A stretch of DNA of 64,000 bases, from contig CAYYQK010000001.1 in the NCBI GenBank assembly GCA_964473815.1, positions 93,523-157,522 of the forward strand. The letters are read 5' to 3'. Source of the DNA: an uncultured Candidatus Saccharibacteria bacterium. GTDB lineage: Bacteria; Patescibacteriota; Doudnabacteria; UBA920. Every line of letters starts with the position of its first letter. Positions within the stretch are counted from its first letter, which is position 1. The notes under the pieces are model-generated. The model saw nothing but the letters and a program-made list of their open reading frames with translations, had not been told where the DNA came from and did not search any database. This document shows positions 37,259 through 46,195 of this stretch, one piece after another. The translations under genes were made by a program, and so were the position numbers.

Positions 37259-38257
37259 ATGGATAAAATGGAAGAACATGTACGCGCTGTTATGTTCGAC
37301 AGCAATAACAATTTAGTACTGATTCATCGTGTAAAACCAGATCGAGAGTACTGGGTTTTTCCAGGTGGAACAGTTGAAGCTGGGGAGAGTCATGAAGCTG
37401 CCCTGAAACGTGAGATTTTGGAGGAGGTGGGTGTAGAAATTGAAGTGGGGGAATTGTTTACCAGAATTGTTTTTGAAGGTTATGAGAGACCCCAGTTAAA
37501 TTTTTACTATTTGGCCAAGATTACTGGTGGGCAAATCGGTAGTGGTATGGGGCCGGAATTTCAGCGTGATCCTAAAATTCATGGAACTTATGGGGTTGAG
37601 GCTTTGTCTTTAAATGATGTGGTACTGCGGGATGTGGCCTCGCCTGAAGTGAAAAAGTTGGTGTGCGAAAAATTCCAAAAGACAGGCTGGGATCAGCATT
37701 ACAAAGATACCAAAGATAAACCACCTTCTGAATTATTAGTACAGGCTTTGGGGTACGTTATCAACAAGAATAATGCAATTGATATCGGTGCTGGTGCGAC
37801 TCTTCGGGATGCAAAGTATTTGTTAGATCAAGGATTTGAAAATGTAACTGTTGTGGATCAGGAAGAATCTGTTGCTGCGGCTGCAGAAAAAATCGGATCG
37901 AAAAAATTGCATTGTTATATCTCAAAATTCGCTGAGTTTGAATTCCCAGAAAATGAATATGATTTAGCTAATGCTAATTATTCTTTGCCGTTTAATCCGC
38001 CAGAAGATTTTGATAAGGTTTTCAGTAGAATTAAAAACTCGTTGGTTAAAGGTGGAATTTTTTGCGGGCAGTTTTTTGGGGTGAATGATGATTGGAATAA
38101 AAGTCCGCACCTAAGTTTTCATACAAAAGAGCAGGTTTTAGGTTTGCTTCAGGGGATGGAAGTTTTACATTTGGAAGAAAAAGAATTTGATGGAAAATTG
38201 GCCAGCGGAGCCCCAAAGCATCGTCATGTTTTTGATGTAATCGCTAGGAAAATTTAG
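37259..38257 (+). CDS. NUDIX hydrolase fused to a class I SAM-dependent methyltransferase domain
   Basis: Nudix box GGTVEAGESHEAALKREILEEVGV in the N-terminal half. C-terminal half has motif I IDIGAGAT and a DLANANYSL post-I region. Start placed at the first ATG (MDKMEEH); the ORF track uses upstream TTG 37241. Confidence 0.55.
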   Translation: MDKMEEHVRAVMFDSNNNLVLIHRVKPDREYWVFPGGTVEAGESHEAALKREILEEVGVEIEVGELFTRIVFEGYERPQLNFYYLAKITGGQIGSGMGPEFQRDPKIHGTYGVEALSLNDVVLRDVASPEVKKLVCEKFQKTGWDQHYKDTKDKPPSELLVQALGYVINKNNAIDIGAGATLRDAKYLLDQGFENVTVVDQEESVAAAAEKIGSKKLHCYISKFAEFEFPENEYDLANANYSLPFNPPEDFDKVFSRIKNSLVKGGIFCGQFFGVNDDWNKSPHLSFHTKEQVLGLLQGMEVLHLEEKEFDGKLASGAPKHRHVFDVIARKI

Positions 38258-38306
38258 ATACAAAAAAACACTCATCAGAGCGCTAGAAAAAGACAATAAA
38301 AAATGT

Positions 38307-38816
38307 TTAGTAGGTTGGGGGAGGAATTGTGGCGCTGTCAGGGGCAGGAGCAGCTGCTGGGGCGCTTGTAGACGCACCAGGACCGCTGTTAGGGGCACCG
38401 GAATCTTCACTGACCACATTTGGATTAGCTAAGACGTCATTGACCTTCTTGAGGATCTCCTCGGTAGTAAAGTAGGCCTTTACGAGGTAGGCTTGGACTT
38501 TTAATGCTTTGGTTTTGAGGATGTCTTTGTTGCTCCAAAGGTTGGAAAGGACAATTATTGGCGTGTCAGCCAATTTTTTGTCTTCATTTTTGCGGACGGT
38601 TTCTAGAACCTGGAAGCCATCGACTTCAGGAAGCATCAGGTCGAGCAAAACTATGTCCGGTTTTTCGGAAAGGATGAGGTTGATGCCCTCCTTGCCATCA
38701 CCGGCTTCTTTGACTTCGAAACCGTTCGTGGACAATTTATGTACCACGATTTCTCGCATGGCGATATTATCTTCTACAATGACGACTTTTTTGAGGTTTG
38801 TTTCAGGGGCGGACAT
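38307..38816 (-). CDS. Stand-alone receiver (REC/CheY-like) response regulator with a Pro/Ala-rich C-terminal tail
   Basis: KKVVIVEDNIAMREIV...DIVLLDLMLPEVDGFQVLETVR....IIVLSNL with phospho-acceptor Asp in LLDLMLP. No output domain. Confidence 0.7.
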   Translation of the reverse strand: MSAPETNLKKVVIVEDNIAMREIVVHKLSTNGFEVKEAGDGKEGINLILSEKPDIVLLDLMLPEVDGFQVLETVRKNEDKKLADTPIIVLSNLWSNKDILKTKALKVQAYLVKAYFTTEEILKKVNDVLANPNVVSEDSGAPNSGPGASTSAPAAAPAPDSATIPPPTY

Positions 38817-38999
38817 GGCTTTTATTTAACCTAAAGCACTGTATAAATCCTGAGAGTATTATAGCACACGTTTGCTTTGTGGTATAATAAATAAAATTAA
38901 CAATATGGCTGAGCACTTTTCCGCTCTATCAGAGAGTGTGAAACTAATTTTATAGAGCTGACAGAAATATCCTGACTACAACATTTACCAAGAAAAATT

Positions 39000-39917
39000 A
39001 TGAATTGGTTTTTGATCGCATTGATAAGTCCGCTGGCTCACTCAATTGCCAATCATTTTGATAAGTATTTGCTATCGAAGCATATTAAAGGTGGTACAGT
39101 AGGAGCTTTAATAGTTTTTACCTGCCTTTTTTCTTTTTTTGCTTTGCCAATATTGTTATTAATTCACCCACAGATTCTTTCTTCTGTAGGCTTCACCGAT
39201 TCCATAATTTTAATAGTCAACGGAATCTTTGTAAGCTTTGCCGTGGCTTTGTACTTGTTTGCTCTGAATTTAGACGAAGCGTCTTACGTCGCTCCGTTTT
39301 TTCAATTTTGCCCAGTATTTGGTTTCATTTTGGGGTATTTATTTTTGGGTGAGGTTTTAGCTAGCAATCAGTTATTCGCTGCACTGTTTATTATTTTAGG
39401 GAGTCTCTTGCTGTCAATAGAATTTTCTAAGAGTAAGAGAAGATTTAAGGGTAAAATGATCACCTTGATGATCGGTTCTAGTTTCTTTTACGCTTTGAAC
39501 GCGGTTATATTCAAATCTATTGCAATTGACCAAGGTTTTATAAATTCTTTATTTTGGGATATGGCGGGTAAATTTTTATTTGGGGCTTTTCTTTTTGTAG
39601 CTATAAAGAAATACCGACAGCAGTTTTTGAATCTGGTAAGATTGAGTGGCACGAAAATTTTCATTTATAATATTTTTAGCGAAATAATTGAATTTGTGGG
39701 CCAAGCAGCAATAATTTTAGCTGTGTTGTACGCACCCGTAGCTTTGGTGGAATCTGTTTCAGGTGTACAACCTATGTTTGTTTTAATTATTGGGATACTG
39801 ATTACTTTATATTTCCCTAAATATGGAAAAGAAGAAATGGGTCATAGACACATGGCCCAGAAAATAGTTGGTGTTTTGATAGTTACTGTAGGTGTATTAT
39901 TTTTAACCTTGGCTTAA
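39000..39917 (+). CDS. DMT/EamA-like family transporter (10 TM)
   Basis: 305 aa with two 5-TM halves, typical EamA topology. Confidence 0.55.
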   Translation: MNWFLIALISPLAHSIANHFDKYLLSKHIKGGTVGALIVFTCLFSFFALPILLLIHPQILSSVGFTDSIILIVNGIFVSFAVALYLFALNLDEASYVAPFFQFCPVFGFILGYLFLGEVLASNQLFAALFIILGSLLLSIEFSKSKRRFKGKMITLMIGSSFFYALNAVIFKSIAIDQGFINSLFWDMAGKFLFGAFLFVAIKKYRQQFLNLVRLSGTKIFIYNIFSEIIEFVGQAAIILAVLYAPVALVESVSGVQPMFVLIIGILITLYFPKYGKEEMGHRHMAQKIVGVLIVTVGVLFLTLA

Positions 39918-39939
39918 ATGTAATAACTAAAGAATATAA

Positions 39940-39978
39940 ACGGCCATTATTGACAAAGTGGCCGTTTTTTGTTATAAT
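39940..39978 (+). promoter_or_regulatory. Terminator hairpin with an embedded consensus sigma-70 promoter (TTGACA-17-TATAAT)
   Basis: Stem acggcca/tggccgt plus T-run 39965-39970. TTGACA at 39950-39955 inside the loop, 17-nt spacer, TATAAT at 39973-39978. SD GGGAGGGG before ATG 40039. Confidence 0.5.
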
Positions 39979-40038
39979 TTTGCAAATTCAGTTCGGGCTA
40001 TTAACGCCAAATTTTTGGACTGAAATAAGGGAGGGGAA

Positions 40039-40485
40039 ATGAATACAAGCTTGAGAGTACTCATATCCGTAGTTTTTTATGCTGTAGCCAACTTGATTCT
40101 TGATAGAAAGCTTTCAAACTTCTCGCTCCCGTCCTTAATGGTCATGTGGGAGCCGGTGATGTTGGTATGCGGCTGGGCGTTTTGGGGATACTATCGATAC
40201 ACCGATCAACCTCTGGTAACTCCTGAGTTTGGTTGGCCATTTGTATTTTTAGTTATCATGGCTGTTACTTATTTTATCGCTGACTCGTTCTATGTTAGCG
40301 CGTACACTTCCGGTGGGAGTCTATTCACAATCACCACTGTGTTTCTGGCTTTCCCGCCGGTTACAGGTTTGTTGAAGGTTATAACCGATAACCAGTATCC
40401 TAGCCGGGCTCAGGTTCTTGGGTACTTACTCATAGCTGGTGGGGTTCTCATGTGTGTTTGGAACGATAAGTCGCAAGCGCAGTAA
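40039..40485 (+). CDS. Small 4-TM membrane protein
   Basis: Strong SD. Four hydrophobic helices. Confidence 0.45.
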   Translation: MNTSLRVLISVVFYAVANLILDRKLSNFSLPSLMVMWEPVMLVCGWAFWGYYRYTDQPLVTPEFGWPFVFLVIMAVTYFIADSFYVSAYTSGGSLFTITTVFLAFPPVTGLLKVITDNQYPSRAQVLGYLLIAGGVLMCVWNDKSQAQ

Positions 40486-40638
40486 CGACAATAAACTGAG
40501 AATTTGGGTCTCGCTTTGTATGAAGCGAGGCCTATTTATTTTCCCCTTGATTTAAGGCGACCACCTTAGAAGTGTTCGTCTTTTTTTTGATACATCATCT
40601 ATTTATGGTATAAATAGATAGATATTCAAAAACTTAGT

Positions 40639-41547
40639 GTGATACCAAAGTTCCCAAAATTTAAAGATTTAGAGTTATCTGACCAGAAAGATATAGAAAA
40701 GGTTACTAAGCAATACCTCCCATATTGTGATTTTAATTTTGAGATCATGTGGGCGTGGGATTATAACAACAGTGCTAAAATTTCAATTTTGAATGAAAAT
40801 TTAGTCTTAATTCAAAAAAATGTTTTCACTGAGGAAATTAGCACTTCTTTCCTTGGAAATAATAATTTAGAGAGTACATTGGAAGAAATTTTTGATTTTC
40901 TTGATTCGACTAAAGTTAAAGATTCTAAACTAAGTTTAGTGCCGGAAGATTCTTTGAAAGGACTTAATTTTAAAAAATATTTTATAGAAATAGACCTAGG
41001 AGCCTGTGATTATATTTATTCATTAAAGGACCTAGCTGATTTTTTGGGACATAAATATTCAAAAAAAAGAGGGAAGTATAACTTATTTTTTAGAAATTAT
41101 CCCGAAGTAACAATTAAAGAACTTGATCTAAATTCGGATATTATTAAAAAGGAAGTTGTCGGATTGAATAGCTTTTGGGCTCAAAATAAAACTATTATTG
41201 ATTTAGAGAATTTCAACGAAAATGAATTATTGGCAATCGACCGTTTCATCGAGGCAAAATTTAAAAACACCATCTGTATAGGGGTTTTTGATAAAAATAA
41301 GTTGATTGGTTATTCAATTTTTTCCACATCAAGCGATAAGTTTTGCATTGCGCACTTCACCAAAGCCGATGTGAGTTACAAAGGAATTTATGAATTCCTT
41401 ATGAATAACTCAGCGAAGATTTTAATCAATAAAGGGTATGAATTTATGAATTTTCAAGAGGACATGAATATCGAAAGCCTGAGAGAAGCAAAGATATCAT
41501 ACAGACCCACTAGGTTTTTAAGAAAATATTTCCTTAGAAGGTTATAA
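40639..41547 (+). CDS. Hypothetical protein, possibly DUF2156-like (MprF C-terminal-domain-like acyltransferase fold); AT-rich
   Basis: GTG start. N-terminal pattern resembles DUF2156 family starts. GC about 30%. Confidence 0.35.
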   Translation: MIPKFPKFKDLELSDQKDIEKVTKQYLPYCDFNFEIMWAWDYNNSAKISILNENLVLIQKNVFTEEISTSFLGNNNLESTLEEIFDFLDSTKVKDSKLSLVPEDSLKGLNFKKYFIEIDLGACDYIYSLKDLADFLGHKYSKKRGKYNLFFRNYPEVTIKELDLNSDIIKKEVVGLNSFWAQNKTIIDLENFNENELLAIDRFIEAKFKNTICIGVFDKNKLIGYSIFSTSSDKFCIAHFTKADVSYKGIYEFLMNNSAKILINKGYEFMNFQEDMNIESLREAKISYRPTRFLRKYFLRRL

Positions 41548-41593
41548 ACAGTGATTACTTTACCATTAAAAAAACTGGGTATATAATAAAAAT

Positions 41594-42427
41594 ATGTTAG
41601 TTTTCATTTGGGAACAATTCAAAGCAAATAAGATTTTGAGAGTTTTGGGTCTTCTTTTTGCTCTCTTAACCATTTGGTGGATATACATGTTCGCCAGAGG
41701 GATAACCAGCGGTACTGGAAATAATTTATACATTTTAGTCTATCCAACTTTGCCATTAGTAGGTGGTTTTTATGGTTTTATATTCGCTAAGAAATGGGGA
41801 GGATTTAGAAGCACCTTTGGTAGTGCAATTTCATTTTTTGCCTTAGGCTTTTTCTTTCAATTTTTGGGACAATATTTATATGTTTACTACCAACTTTATT
41901 TAAATATAGATGTTCCATACCCTTCCGTGGGAGATATATTTTATTTAGGAAGTGTATTTTTATATATTTTTGGAGCTTACCAACTATCAAAAGTTTCCGG
42001 AATACGCTTTACTTTAAATACACTTCAGGGAAAATTAAAGGCAATTCTCATACCTTTTGTTGTTTTGTTGTTATCGTATCTTATTTTATTGAAGGGTTAC
42101 GAGGCCGATTGGTCCAATAAAATAATTATTTTCCTTGATTTTGGATACCCAATTGGACAGGCCATTTATTTGTCAATCGCATTATTAGCGTTACTTATTT
42201 CTAAAGATATTTTAGGTGGTTTGATGAGAAAGCCTATTATGCTACTCATCGCAGCTTTATTAGCACAATTTATCTCTGATTTCGTATTTTCTTATCAAGT
42301 AAGTAGAGAAGTAACCACATTTTATGCTGGAGGTTCAAATGACTTTATGTTTACTTGCGCATATTTCCTAATGGCTTTGGCTTTATTCTCAATCGGTAAC
42401 ATGTTCTATAAAGTACAAAAATCGTAA
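41594..42427 (+). CDS. Hypothetical polytopic membrane protein (about 8 TM); AT-rich
   Basis: Multiple hydrophobic helices. Confidence 0.45.
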   Translation: MLVFIWEQFKANKILRVLGLLFALLTIWWIYMFARGITSGTGNNLYILVYPTLPLVGGFYGFIFAKKWGGFRSTFGSAISFFALGFFFQFLGQYLYVYYQLYLNIDVPYPSVGDIFYLGSVFLYIFGAYQLSKVSGIRFTLNTLQGKLKAILIPFVVLLLSYLILLKGYEADWSNKIIIFLDFGYPIGQAIYLSIALLALLISKDILGGLMRKPIMLLIAALLAQFISDFVFSYQVSREVTTFYAGGSNDFMFTCAYFLMALALFSIGNMFYKVQKS

Positions 42428-42432
42428 AAATT

Positions 42433-42726
42433 ATGGCAGACACAGCAACAATTTTTGATCAGATTTCACTCCGAATAATCAAAGAACAAGTTTTGATTAT
42501 CGGCCCTGTGGCATGGGAAGAAGCTCGCAAGGTTTCTGGTTTAACTGTGGTTAATCAAGATCCAGGAGAAGTAAAATTATCAGGTGACCCAAAAGACATC
42601 TTGAATCGACTAGTAGCTCAGTACTCTCGTTTGTTTGGAAAAGTATCATCTGAAGTTTGTAAGGAAGCAGCTCAGGATCTTTTGGTAGAACTCCCAGCCG
42701 GCGATATACCCACCGCCCTCCAATAA
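42433..42726 (+). CDS. Hypothetical small protein
   Basis: ORF of 97 aa immediately upstream of the histidine kinase. Confidence 0.35.
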   Translation: MADTATIFDQISLRIIKEQVLIIGPVAWEEARKVSGLTVVNQDPGEVKLSGDPKDILNRLVAQYSRLFGKVSSEVCKEAAQDLLVELPAGDIPTALQ

Positions 42727-42745
42727 AATCTGAACAAAAACAAAA

Positions 42746-44155
42746 ATGCCAACCACCCCTGCAGCAACACCTGCGAATAGCAGTGACTTGCAGGAGCTGA
42801 ATGAACAAATCTATCGACACAGCCTTGAGTTGGCAGTAGTCAATAAAACTCTTTCGCTCCTCAGGAAACTGTATCAAATCAGTCTGCTTTCTCTTGACCC
42901 TGCTTCTATTTCGGAAAAAGTTTCCGAAACAGTTAGGGTTGATTTAAATATGGAATTAGTTGGGGTGTACCTGTACCGCAAAGAGGCCGATACCCTTATT
43001 CCTTACAAATTTTCTGAATCCGAGCGACTGATGAAAACTTTGTCAGAACAAAATTTAAAATTAGAGAATCTGATAATTGCAGATCCGTCCAAAAACGACT
43101 TTTTTAAAAAGATTCTAATAGATAAAACTTCAGTTCAAAGCACTAACCTAAAAGAAGTTTGGCCAGCTTCTACTTATTCGAAAAAATTGCAGGTTGTGAA
43201 CGATGCCTCGCATATCAAAACACTTTTGTTGTATCCGTTAGAAACACAAAACGAAGTCATGGGTATGTTAATGCTAGGCTTGAATCGCAGCTACGACATC
43301 CTTAGTGACTTTGAACAAGATGCAATCAAGAGTTTAATCAATGTTGTTGCCGTTGCATTGGACAAAGCATTGGTTTATGAAGCTTTGCAAATTGCCAATG
43401 AACAATTGAAAGCTTTGGATAAAGCCCGCGCAGAGTTCATCTCCATTGCTAGTCATCAACTTCGAACACCACCGGCGACAATCAAGTGGTATGTAGCGGC
43501 TATTTTAGCAGGGGATTTTGGGCCTTTAAGCGAAGATTTGAAGGCTGCTCTTGAAAGAACAAAAGTAACCAATGACGCTCAAATTGCCACAATCGACGAT
43601 TTGCTTAACGCATCGCGTATTGAGCGCGGTAAGTTAGAATTTTTCTTTGAAGAGGCACCACTTGAGCCTCTGGTATCTGAATTAGCTGAACAATTACGAC
43701 CGTTGGCTAAAATGAAAGGACTTGAACTTGAATATCGTAAGCCAACTTTGAGTTTCCAGACCATTTTAATGGACAGAGAAAAAGTCCGACAAGTTCTGAA
43801 TAATATGGTCGACAATGCCATAAAATATTCCAAAACAGGCACTATAAAAATTGATTTGAAAGAAGTTGGGACAGACGCTGTGGTTAGTGTTACAGATAAC
43901 GGCAAAGGGATTGCGCCAGAAGATGTTAATAAATTATTTGAAAAGTATCAACGAGGGCACGACTCAGTTACTCATGCTGAAGGCCTTGGTTTAGGTATGT
44001 ACGTTGCTAAAGTCATTGTGGATCAGCACAATGGCAAAATTTGGGCAGAAAGCCCTGGGGTAGGGAAGGGTTCCACGTTTAGTTTTAGTCTTCCCATTCA
44101 CAATACATTGCAGCCAACAACAGTGGACTTGGCTAAAGAGATTGAACACAAATAA
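42746..44155 (+). CDS. Cytoplasmic sensor histidine kinase (GAF-like N-domain, HisKA, HATPase_c)
   Basis: H box FISIASHQLRTPPATI. N box NMVDNAIKYS. G1 DNGKGIAPED. G2 GLGLGMYVAKVIV. No TM helices. Confidence 0.8.
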   Translation: MPTTPAATPANSSDLQELNEQIYRHSLELAVVNKTLSLLRKLYQISLLSLDPASISEKVSETVRVDLNMELVGVYLYRKEADTLIPYKFSESERLMKTLSEQNLKLENLIIADPSKNDFFKKILIDKTSVQSTNLKEVWPASTYSKKLQVVNDASHIKTLLLYPLETQNEVMGMLMLGLNRSYDILSDFEQDAIKSLINVVAVALDKALVYEALQIANEQLKALDKARAEFISIASHQLRTPPATIKWYVAAILAGDFGPLSEDLKAALERTKVTNDAQIATIDDLLNASRIERGKLEFFFEEAPLEPLVSELAEQLRPLAKMKGLELEYRKPTLSFQTILMDREKVRQVLNNMVDNAIKYSKTGTIKIDLKEVGTDAVVSVTDNGKGIAPEDVNKLFEKYQRGHDSVTHAEGLGLGMYVAKVIVDQHNGKIWAESPGVGKGSTFSFSLPIHNTLQPTTVDLAKEIEHK

Positions 44156-44194
44156 TTTCCAGTCAGCTATCTTTATATTTGATATACTTAACCT

Positions 44195-45043
44195 ATGATT
44201 AGAAGAATCTTTGTTTTTGGGTTTCTGGTGGTCCTTATAGCCGCGATTACTGGCACATATTTGCTGTATAGAGGCATCGAAAACCGCCGCGCAGAACGCT
44301 TAGCCAGACTGCAAGCTCAGGCTGCCGAAACATCTATTACACTCATTGAAGGGTGGAACAAGAATCAAATTTCTGACTACTTAGAAAAGCAAAACCTGTT
44401 TTCTAAATCCGACTTCTTAGCTGGTCTAAACAAATTTGATGAATCACAATTCCCACTCCTAAAAAGACCAACCGGCCAATCACTTGAAGGCTATTTATTC
44501 CCAGACACCTATCGTGTTCCAAAACAAACCACCCCAGACGAAGTTATCAAAAAAATGGTAACCAATTTTTCGTCTCGGCTTTCCAGTGTTGGAGTCACAG
44601 ATCCAGACGCAAAATATAACGGCCTGAGTTTGTATCAAATAATTACACTTGCTTCTATCATCGAAAAAGAAAGCGGGGGACACGGCTCAACTGGCAACAC
44701 CAATCTTTCACTCCAAGACGAGCGTAATTTAGTCGCAAGCGTGTTTTACAATCGATTGAATCAAGGAATCGCCTTGCAAAGTGATGCCACTGTAAACTAT
44801 GTCACCGGTAAAGAGACTCCTGCAGCTTCCGCCGAAGACTTGCAAGTTAATTCACCTTACAATACTTATAAATATCCGGGATTACCACCGGGACCGATAT
44901 GCAATCCTTCACTTGGCAGCATTAAGGCTGCACTCCATCCTGCCGAAAGCGACTATTTATATTTCTTGCACAAGCAGCCTTCTGGGGAAGTGGAATTTAG
45001 TAAAACTCTAGAAGAGCATAATCGACAGAAAGCCGCCAAATAA
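44195..45043 (+). CDS. mltG: Endolytic murein transglycosylase MltG (YceG-like)
   Basis: N-terminal TM helix. YceG motifs SLYQIITLASIIEKESG and NSPYNTYKYPGLPPGPICNPS. Confidence 0.8.
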   Translation: MIRRIFVFGFLVVLIAAITGTYLLYRGIENRRAERLARLQAQAAETSITLIEGWNKNQISDYLEKQNLFSKSDFLAGLNKFDESQFPLLKRPTGQSLEGYLFPDTYRVPKQTTPDEVIKKMVTNFSSRLSSVGVTDPDAKYNGLSLYQIITLASIIEKESGGHGSTGNTNLSLQDERNLVASVFYNRLNQGIALQSDATVNYVTGKETPAASAEDLQVNSPYNTYKYPGLPPGPICNPSLGSIKAALHPAESDYLYFLHKQPSGEVEFSKTLEEHNRQKAAK

Positions 45044-45199
45044 CACTAAAAAATTTCAGTTATCCACACGGCAAATTGGAAATTTCATAATCTTTTCATA
45101 ACTAACCTTCAGTATGTAGAGTGTGAGCCTTCATTTAAATTTTATTTCTTTGAAGTATTGCACAAATAAGCTGATTTGCTTTTGAAATCAGTATATCAA

Positions 45200-45363
45200 G
45201 GGGGACCTATATGCAGCATTACAACGATCCTGGCCGTAGCAAGGCCGGAGTAATGTCGGAGCCCGGCAGGCGCAATTAATGTCAGCTTGGCATCACTTAA
45301 CCTCCAGTGACCCGCACTGGTTGCCGCTAGCGATAATACCCCCCTTTTGTCGCTAGTTTTTTT
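45200..45363 (+). ncRNA. Candidate structured small RNA or cis-regulatory leader of unknown class, ending in an intrinsic terminator
   Basis: GC-rich segment in an AT-rich 455-nt intergenic region. 5' GGGGG (45200-45204) can pair with CCCCCC (45339-45344). Internal GGCC/GGCCGG helices. Terminator stem ctagcga/tcgctag plus TTTTTTT (45357-45363). Confidence 0.3.
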
Positions 45364-45498
45364 CTTGCCCAGATTTCCCAGCTCGTGCTACAATAAAAAC
45401 CCTTTAACAAAGCCGAAAATTCCATCATTTTATCATCATAACTACTTCATATCATAAATATGAAAGTTTAAGATAAAATTAATATAAAGGAGCAAGCT

Positions 45499-46170
45499 AT
45501 GGTTATTCTTTTAATCGAAGATGAGCGCAAGCAGGCCGAATTCATCCAAAAAGCCCTTGAACAGGATTATTATAAAGTTGATGTTGCCTACGATGGCAAA
45601 GAAGGTGTGGATCGCGTGGAAGTTCGCGATTACGATTTAATTATTGTTGATCTAAATTTGCCATTGGTAAACGGCAGCGATATCGTTAAGCACATTCGTG
45701 AACTTAAGTTAAAAACCCCGGTAATGGTTCTAACCGCCAATGACGAAGTTGGTATGAAGGTTGCTAACCTCGACAATGGAGCCGACGACTACTTAACAAA
45801 GCCATTTGCATTAGATGAGTTACTTGCTCGTGTTCGCGCATTGCTGCGCCGCGAAGCTACTCCTATTCCCCAAACCTTTAAACAGGGTAATCTGGAATTG
45901 ATGTACTCTACGCACGAAGTGAAAATTGATGGTACGCAAGTTAAGCTGACCAAAAATGAATTTCGATTGCTTGATTTCCTTAGCCGCAAACCCGACCGTG
46001 TTTGCACCCGCGCGATGATCGAAGAACATGTTTGGGGATACAATTCGGAAAATAATAGTAATGTTATTGAAGCTTCGATATATAATCTCCGCCGTAAACT
46101 TGGTCAGAAAAACAAGAACTTAATTCAGACAGTTCAGAATATTGGTTACCGCTTTAAACCGTCCGCTTAG
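45499..46170 (+). CDS. OmpR-family response regulator (REC plus winged-helix)
   Basis: SD AAAGGAG. REC with DLIIVDLNLP. C-terminal wHTH LTKNEFRLLDFL...GYRF. Confidence 0.85.
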   Translation: MVILLIEDERKQAEFIQKALEQDYYKVDVAYDGKEGVDRVEVRDYDLIIVDLNLPLVNGSDIVKHIRELKLKTPVMVLTANDEVGMKVANLDNGADDYLTKPFALDELLARVRALLRREATPIPQTFKQGNLELMYSTHEVKIDGTQVKLTKNEFRLLDFLSRKPDRVCTRAMIEEHVWGYNSENNSNVIEASIYNLRRKLGQKNKNLIQTVQNIGYRFKPSA

Positions 46171-46195
46171 TCCGCTTAATTGATAAATTAATTTT

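Noticed and set aside
45211-45279. 22-codon ORF (MQHYNDPGRSKAGVMSEPGRRN) inside the GC-rich intergenic element
   Set aside because: It is too short, has no SD, and coincides with the predicted RNA helices, so a structured RNA is the more parsimonious reading.
45200-45363. Assignment of the structured element to SRP RNA, RNase P RNA, tmRNA or 6S RNA
   Set aside because: It lacks the SRP domain IV AGGAAGCAGC-type motif, the RNase P P4 AAGUCCGG motif and a tmRNA tRNA-like end. The class is left open.
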